NCBI GenBank assembly: GCA_965661915.1
Contig: CBFIFR010000001.1
Location: forward strand, 23,797-87,796
Source of the DNA: Polaribacter sp.
GTDB taxonomy: Bacteria; Bacteroidota; Bacteroidia; Flavobacteriales; Flavobacteriaceae
Direction of reading: 5' to 3'
Length of the DNA: 64,000 bases
Shown: in pieces, positions 58,904 through 64,000 of the stretch
Layout: every line of letters starts with the position of its first letter
How positions within the stretch are numbered: position 1 is the first letter of the stretch
Position numbers and translations under genes: made by a program
The notes under the pieces: generated by a model
Told to the model about the DNA's origin: nothing
Seen by the model: only the letters and a program-made list of their open reading frames with translations
Databases searched by the model: none

Positions 58904-60295
58904 TTATATTTTCTCCGCTAAAATCAACGCTTTTTTCAACGCTGCTAATTTATTATTTACTTCTTGTAATTCTTTTTCTTCATCTGAATGAATTACAATT
59001 CCTGCACCTGCTTGATAATACAAGGTCTTATTTTTACTTACAAAACTACGAATTGCAATCGCTAAATTTACAGATCCATCTAAGCCAATAATTCCTACTG
59101 CACCTCCATAAAATCCTCTAGATTGATTTTCGTATTTATCTATCAACTGCATTGCCATATATTTTGGAGCACCACTTAATGTTCCTGCAGGGAAAGTATC
59201 ACCTACAATTTCTATAGGATTTCCTTTTAATTGACCCGAAACTGTAGAAACTAAATGAATTACATGACTAAAATATTGTACTTCTTTAAACACTTCAACC
59301 TCTACATTATCTGCGTGTTTACTTAAATCATTTCGTGCTAAATCTACTAACATTACATGTTCAGCAGTTTCTTTTTTATCTGCTGATAATTTTTTTCCTA
59401 ACTGAATATCTTTCGACATATCCCCTGTTCTTCTAAACGTTCCTGCAATAGGGTTGATTGTTGCTCTTCCTGCTGAAATTTTAATTTGTGCTTCTGGAGA
59501 AGACCCCATCAACTTAAAAGAACCATAATCAAAAAAGAACAAATAAGGAGAAGGATTTATCGAACGTAAGGCTCTATACACATTAAATTCGTCTCCTTTA
59601 AATTTTTGCTGAAATTGACGTGATAAAACTAATTGAAAAACATCTCCTCTTTTACAATGTGCTTTTGCTTTCTTTACATACGCTTTAAATTCTTCACCTT
59701 CTACATTGGATGTTTCATCACCTTGCATTTCAAAATTTTGCGTATTGAAGGCTTGAGCATCGATAATAGTTTGAATTTCTTTAATTCGAGACTCAGTACC
59801 TTCTTCAATGTTTTCTATTAAAGTCATTTCATCATTAAAATGATTGATGGCTATTATAAATCTGTAGAAACTATATTGCAGCAAAGGGATTGCAGATGGA
59901 GCCTGATCTACATTTAAAGTAATGTTTTCAAAATACTGCACAGAATCATATGTTGTATAACCATACAACCCATTGAATCCTTTTAATTCTTGAGGACAGT
60001 CTAAATCAATCGCTTGACTATAGTTTTCAAAAATAGTATTGAAATTTTTGTCAATTTTATGATTAGCTAATTGAACTCCTTTATGAGCAAAACTTAAGTG
60101 ATGGTTTTCTGCTTTTATAGTTACCACAGGTTCTATAGCAATAAAAGAAAAACTTTCTTCCTTGCTATGATAGTCTGAACTTTCTAACAACAGTGTATTT
60201 GCAAATCTATCTCTAAAACGCAAATACAAACCAACAGGAGTAATGGTATCTGCAATTTTATTTTTTGATAATGTTTTAAATTTTATTTTTTCCAT
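58904..60295 (-). CDS. trpE: Anthranilate synthase component I
   Basis: LLES, NPSPY, PIAGT, AEHVMLVDLARND and PAGTLSGAPK. Confidence 0.97.
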   Translation of the reverse strand: MEKIKFKTLSKNKIADTITPVGLYLRFRDRFANTLLLESSDYHSKEESFSFIAIEPVVTIKAENHHLSFAHKGVQLANHKIDKNFNTIFENYSQAIDLDCPQELKGFNGLYGYTTYDSVQYFENITLNVDQAPSAIPLLQYSFYRFIIAINHFNDEMTLIENIEEGTESRIKEIQTIIDAQAFNTQNFEMQGDETSNVEGEEFKAYVKKAKAHCKRGDVFQLVLSRQFQQKFKGDEFNVYRALRSINPSPYLFFFDYGSFKLMGSSPEAQIKISAGRATINPIAGTFRRTGDMSKDIQLGKKLSADKKETAEHVMLVDLARNDLSKHADNVEVEVFKEVQYFSHVIHLVSTVSGQLKGNPIEIVGDTFPAGTLSGAPKYMAMQLIDKYENQSRGFYGGAVGIIGLDGSVNLAIAIRSFVSKNKTLYYQAGAGIVIHSDEEKELQEVNNKLAALKKALILAEKI

Positions 60296-60363
60296 TTATG
60301 CTGAATTTAATTTCAGTATTTCTTCTTTCATAATACTAAATGCTGAAATAAATTCAGCATTAT

Positions 60364-60397
60364 AAAAAAAGGCTTATCGTGAGATAAGCCTTTTTTT
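60364..60397 (-). terminator. trp attenuator terminator
   Basis: Minus strand AAAGGCTTATC-tcac-GATAAGCCTTTTTTT, between the leader peptide and trpE. Confidence 0.88.
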
Positions 60398-60430
60398 ATA
60401 ATATTAATATTTAGGTATATGCTCACTTAA

Positions 60431-60478
60431 TTATTTAAGAGAGTTCCACCACCATATTGTATTCGTATTATTTTTCAT
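60431..60478 (-). CDS. trpL: trp operon leader peptide MKNNTNTIWWWNSLK
   Basis: Three consecutive TGG codons, upstream of a terminator and trpE. Confidence 0.9.
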   Translation of the reverse strand: MKNNTNTIWWWNSLK

Positions 60479-60486
60479 TCTTAATA

Positions 60487-60518
60487 CAAATGTAGAAAGG
60501 GTTTTTTAGTTGAACAAA
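60487..60518 (-). promoter_or_regulatory. Bacteroidetes sigma-A promoter of the trp operon
   Basis: TTTG-N20-TACATTTG on the minus strand, 8 nt upstream of the leader ATG. Confidence 0.75.
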
Positions 60519-60809
60519 TTTATTGTGAGGTTTTTTTTGCTGAATTTATTTCTTTAAATAGAATCAGACCTGACAGCCCTCGATAGTTATAATCCATTAC
60601 TAAATAATATAAAAAAGTAAAAATTATTAACCGATATTAAATTAACGGTTTATAAAAACAATTAAAACTCGTTAATTTGTTGCTCCAAACAATGTGTTTG
60701 ATTTGAATTTACTGAATTAATGAATGCGCCAATAATTTATGTTAAATTATTGGTGTGTTTTTTTTAGTCTAAAACGAAATTGAATCTGTAAATAAAAATA
60801 AATAAATAC

Positions 60810-60839
60810 TTGTAGACAAAACAATTCTATATATATTTG
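60810..60839 (+). promoter_or_regulatory. Bacteroidetes sigma-A promoter of the Asn-leader/gatCAB transcript
   Basis: TTG (60810) -N19- TATATTTG (60832-60839). Confidence 0.7.
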
Positions 60840-60857
60840 TCAATAATTAAAGGAAAT

Positions 60858-60902
60858 ATGAGCAACAATAACAATAATAATTTCAATAATCCTAATTTTT
60901 AG
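60858..60902 (+). CDS. Asn-rich leader peptide MSNNNNNNFNNPNF (putative gatCAB attenuator leader)
   Basis: 9 of 14 codons are AAC/AAT; lies between a promoter and a strong terminator upstream of gatC. Confidence 0.82.
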   Translation: MSNNNNNNFNNPNF

Positions 60903-60932
60903 GACTGGAAGGTTGTTGTTTAAAAAATAGAT

Positions 60933-60962
60933 AAAGCCTTCCAAATTTTGGAAGGCTTTTTT
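60933..60962 (+). terminator. Attenuator terminator upstream of gatC
   Basis: AAAGCCTTCCAA-att-TTGGAAGGCTTTTTT; its 5' arm is also complementary to TGGAAGGTT at 60906-60914. Confidence 0.88.
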
Positions 60963-61004
60963 GTTATTCTGAACTTGTTTCAGAATCTAAAAAAAATATT
61001 AGAA

Positions 61005-61271
61005 ATGAGTAAAATGATGACCGTCGATATTCTGTCGAGTATTAAAGGAGCTAAAGCATCTGAGACAGTAAATAAACTTTTTGATGTAATTAAAAAAGCA
61101 AATACTTCAACTAGTAATTTTGGAAATAATTCTGATAATGTTTTGTCTTTAGATGATTTAAGAGAGGATGTTGTCGTAGATAGTTCTCAAATAGAAAAGG
61201 ATATTATTATTGAAAACTTCCCAGAGAAAAAGGATGGTTATTTAGTAGTTGCTAAAGTGATAGAAGATTAA
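61005..61271 (+). CDS. gatC: Asp/Glu-tRNA amidotransferase subunit C (divergent)
   Basis: LREDVV and FPEKKDGYLVVAKVIE C-terminus, directly upstream of gatA. ATG at 61005 is preferred because the TTG at 60948 lies inside the terminator. Confidence 0.75.
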   Translation: MSKMMTVDILSSIKGAKASETVNKLFDVIKKANTSTSNFGNNSDNVLSLDDLREDVVVDSSQIEKDIIIENFPEKKDGYLVVAKVIED

Positions 61272-61341
61272 ATTAGTTTTTAGTTGTTGGTTTGTAGTAA
61301 ATAGTCCAAACTGACTCAAATAAAAAAATAAAGCTTACATA

Positions 61342-62739
61342 ATGAGCGAAATACACAAAATTCATCAACAATTGATGAGTAAACAAGTTACTTGTGCAGG
61401 TTTGGTGCAAAGTAAATTAGACTTGTTAAAACAAAATACACACAATACTGTCAACTCACTTTTAGCAAATATAGCTTTAGAAGCTGCAGCTAAAGTAGAT
61501 ACAAAAATTAAAAACGGTCAAGAAATAGGTTTGTTAGAAGGAATTCCTTTTGGCATTAAAGATGTCTACATGTTACAAGGAACCTATACTACAGCAAGCT
61601 CTGATTTACTTAAAAAATACAAATCACCTTATACAGCAACTGCAATTCAGAAATTATTAGATGCAGGTGCAATTCCTTTAGTAAAAGAAAATTGTGATAG
61701 TTTTGGACACGGATCATCCTCAGAAAACACCATTTTTGGCGCTGTCAAAAATGCAATTCATCCTGATTTAGTTGGTGGGGGATCTAGTGGAGGTTCTGCT
61801 GTAAATATTGCCAAAGATTATACTGTGTTTTCAATTGGAGGAGATACAGGAGGTTCTATTCGTCAACCTGCTGGATACAATAATGTCTACGGATTAAAAC
61901 CAACCTATGGTAGAATTTCGAGATTTGGTTTGATGGCATACGCATCTTCTACAGATTGTGTTGGACCCATTGCAAAATCGATAGAAGACATTAGAATCGT
62001 TTTAAATGTGATGAGTGGAAAAGACATAAAAGATCAAACTACTTATCAGTCAGAAGAAATTTCGGAAGAAGCGATTTTAAATGCTGATGGAATTAAAACC
62101 ATTGGCTATTTTAAAAACTTTATAGAAAGTGATGCTATTGGGGCTCAAGTTAAAGCAGATTTTTTAGCATCCATAGAAAAAATAAAAGCAAAAGGAATTG
62201 AAGTAAAAGAATTAGACTTTTTTGAATCTGATACCCTAGTTTCTACCTATTATACTTTAGCAATGGCTGAAACTGCGTCTAATTTATCGAGATTAGATGG
62301 TACAAATTACGGAGCAAGAATTGAAGGTGATAATCTAAAAGATACCTATTCAATTACGCGTTCAGAAAATTTTTCTGAAGAATCGAAAAGAAGAATTGTT
62401 GGTGGAAATCAAGTATTATCTCAAGGTTTTTCTGATGAAATTTATCTAAAAGGTTTAAACTTAAGAGATCAAATTTCTGAGAATTTTGAAAAGGATTTCA
62501 AAGAGGTGGATATTATTTTATCACCTGTAACACCTAATTCACCGCCAAAAATTGGAGACAGCTTAAACGATCCTTTGTCAATGTATTTATCTGATGCGTA
62601 TACTGTCGGATTTAGTTTAGGACAATTGCCAACGTTAACTATACCACAAGGAACTGAAACAGGAGTTCAAATTTCTGCGGCAAAAAATAATGACGAACTT
62701 GTTTTGAAGTTTGCAAACTTCTTAAAAGAATTGATATAA
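61342..62739 (+). CDS. gatA: Asp/Glu-tRNA amidotransferase subunit A
   Basis: Amidase signature GIKD, GGSSGGSA, GGDTGGSIRQPA; SNLSRLDG..YG and MYLSD.YT. Confidence 0.93.
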   Translation: MSEIHKIHQQLMSKQVTCAGLVQSKLDLLKQNTHNTVNSLLANIALEAAAKVDTKIKNGQEIGLLEGIPFGIKDVYMLQGTYTTASSDLLKKYKSPYTATAIQKLLDAGAIPLVKENCDSFGHGSSSENTIFGAVKNAIHPDLVGGGSSGGSAVNIAKDYTVFSIGGDTGGSIRQPAGYNNVYGLKPTYGRISRFGLMAYASSTDCVGPIAKSIEDIRIVLNVMSGKDIKDQTTYQSEEISEEAILNADGIKTIGYFKNFIESDAIGAQVKADFLASIEKIKAKGIEVKELDFFESDTLVSTYYTLAMAETASNLSRLDGTNYGARIEGDNLKDTYSITRSENFSEESKRRIVGGNQVLSQGFSDEIYLKGLNLRDQISENFEKDFKEVDIILSPVTPNSPPKIGDSLNDPLSMYLSDAYTVGFSLGQLPTLTIPQGTETGVQISAAKNNDELVLKFANFLKELI

Positions 62740-64000
62740 TGGAGTTAGAACAACTAAATGAGCTGTTAAAAAAGCACGAACTAGAGTTAGTAATTGGTTT
62801 AGAAACGCACGTTCGTTTAAACACAAAAACCAAGTTATTTTGTTCTTGTGCAAACCAAGAAACCGAACATCCAAATACTAATATCTGTTCAGTTTGTACT
62901 GGGCAAATGGGTGTTTTACCTTCTATTAATAAAGAAGCAATTACCAAAGCCATTTATTTTGGAAAAGCAGTTAAATCTACTTTTGAAAATGAGGTGATAT
63001 CTTGGGATCGTAAGCATTACGAATATCCAGATAATCCAAAAAACATACAGATTACACAGTTTCATAATCCTGTAATTCCTGATGGACAAGTTTCTTGTTT
63101 CAGAAATGATGGATCTCAATTTACAGTGAACTTAACGCAAGTTCATATTGAGGAAGATGCTGCAAAATTAATGCACGAAAAGAAAGTTTCTCTAGTCGAT
63201 TTTAACAAAGCTGGTGTACCTTTAATTGAGATTGTAACTGAACCTTGTATCAGACATATTGAGGATGCTTCAACGTATGCACAATACATCCAAAGAATTG
63301 TTCAGAATTTAAAAATATCCGAAGCAAATTTGGAGAAAGGTGAATTTAAATCTGATGTTTCTGTATCACTTAGAAAAAAACACAGCTACAACTTAAATCC
63401 AAGAACAGAAATCAAAAACTTGAACTCTTTTAAGTTTATGATTGAAGCTTTAAAAGAAGAAGTTGAAAAACAATTAAATTACTACATAGAACATAAAGAT
63501 TTCAGACCAGACCAAACTACTGTATTGTTTGATGCAGATTTAAAGCAAACCAAAACAATGCGTAAAAAAGAGTTTGAAGCGGATTACAGGTTTATTTCTG
63601 AGCCAGATTTACCTTTTGTAAGCATTAAAAACGTTGTAGAAAGCATATATGTTGATGTTAGTTCTTTGCCTTTTGCAGTTGAATCTATTTTGATAAAAGG
63701 TGGAGTTTTGCCACAAGATGCTAAGTTTTTTACTGCGGATTCATTGCGTTCAGAAACTTTTATCGCCATTAATAATGTGATTAAAGATCCGTCTTTTGTG
63801 GCAAAAACGTTGGTAAACAATATTGGTGCAGATGAATATGCAAATATTCATAATGTAAATCAGTTAATTGAAATTTTCCAATTATTCAAAGCTGATAAAA
63901 TTACGTCTGTATTAGTCCAAAATGGAATTACGAGATATTTAAAAGACAGAACTTTCGATTACAAAAAGTACTTTGATGAAAATACTATTTCAGAAGCTCA
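62739..64000 (+). CDS. gatB: Asp/Glu-tRNA amidotransferase subunit B (partial, runs off the right edge)
   Basis: Not in the ORF track. ATG overlaps the gatA stop (TAATG): MELEQLNELLKKHELELVIGLETHVRLNTKTKLFCSC..., RKHYEYPDNPK, HIEEDAAK, DFNKAGVPLIEIVTEP, EIKNLNSF, DYRFISEPDLP. Confidence 0.95.
   Translation, partial: MELEQLNELLKKHELELVIGLETHVRLNTKTKLFCSCANQETEHPNTNICSVCTGQMGVLPSINKEAITKAIYFGKAVKSTFENEVISWDRKHYEYPDNPKNIQITQFHNPVIPDGQVSCFRNDGSQFTVNLTQVHIEEDAAKLMHEKKVSLVDFNKAGVPLIEIVTEPCIRHIEDASTYAQYIQRIVQNLKISEANLEKGEFKSDVSVSLRKKHSYNLNPRTEIKNLNSFKFMIEALKEEVEKQLNYYIEHKDFRPDQTTVLFDADLKQTKTMRKKEFEADYRFISEPDLPFVSIKNVVESIYVDVSSLPFAVESILIKGGVLPQDAKFFTADSLRSETFIAINNVIKDPSFVAKTLVNNIGADEYANIHNVNQLIEIFQLFKADKITSVLVQNGITRYLKDRTFDYKKYFDENTISEA

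Noticed and set aside
60948-61004. N-terminal extension of the gatC ORF from TTG 60948
   Set aside because: Starts inside the attenuator terminator and reads through a REP hairpin; ATG 61005 is more plausible.

Overview
AT-rich (~30% GC by eye) chromosomal window from a marine Flavobacteriaceae genome (Polaribacter/Tenacibaculum-like, inferred from TAnnTTTG promoters, T9SS cargo proteins and a divergent blh/proteorhodopsin pair). Left to right: an ECF sigma/anti-sigma envelope module, yaaA, blh-proteorhodopsin, sdaA, dnaK, two T9SS-secreted proteins, ndh, a TonB receptor/DUF2141 module, the lower kynurenine pathway, a biotin cluster interleaved with umuC/umuD and a YqiJ-flotillin-giant ATPase triad, a tandem DUF2975 array, a tricorn-like S41 protease, the trpEGDCFBA operon and the start of gatCAB. 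No rRNA, tRNA, CRISPR array or transposase was seen. The best signal missed by the ORF track is a 14-codon Asn-rich leader peptide (MSNNNNNNFNNPNF) with a complete protector/antiterminator/terminator layout upstream of gatCAB, back-to-back with a Trp-Trp-Trp trp attenuator. Other hidden features are two paralogous ~50-aa zinc-ribbon genes, a triplicated ECF promoter, orphan LytTR-type boxes, a decayed umuD copy, a FabF-like synthase in the bio cluster and several REP families, some of them inside coding frames. All calls come from manual reading; no searches were run.
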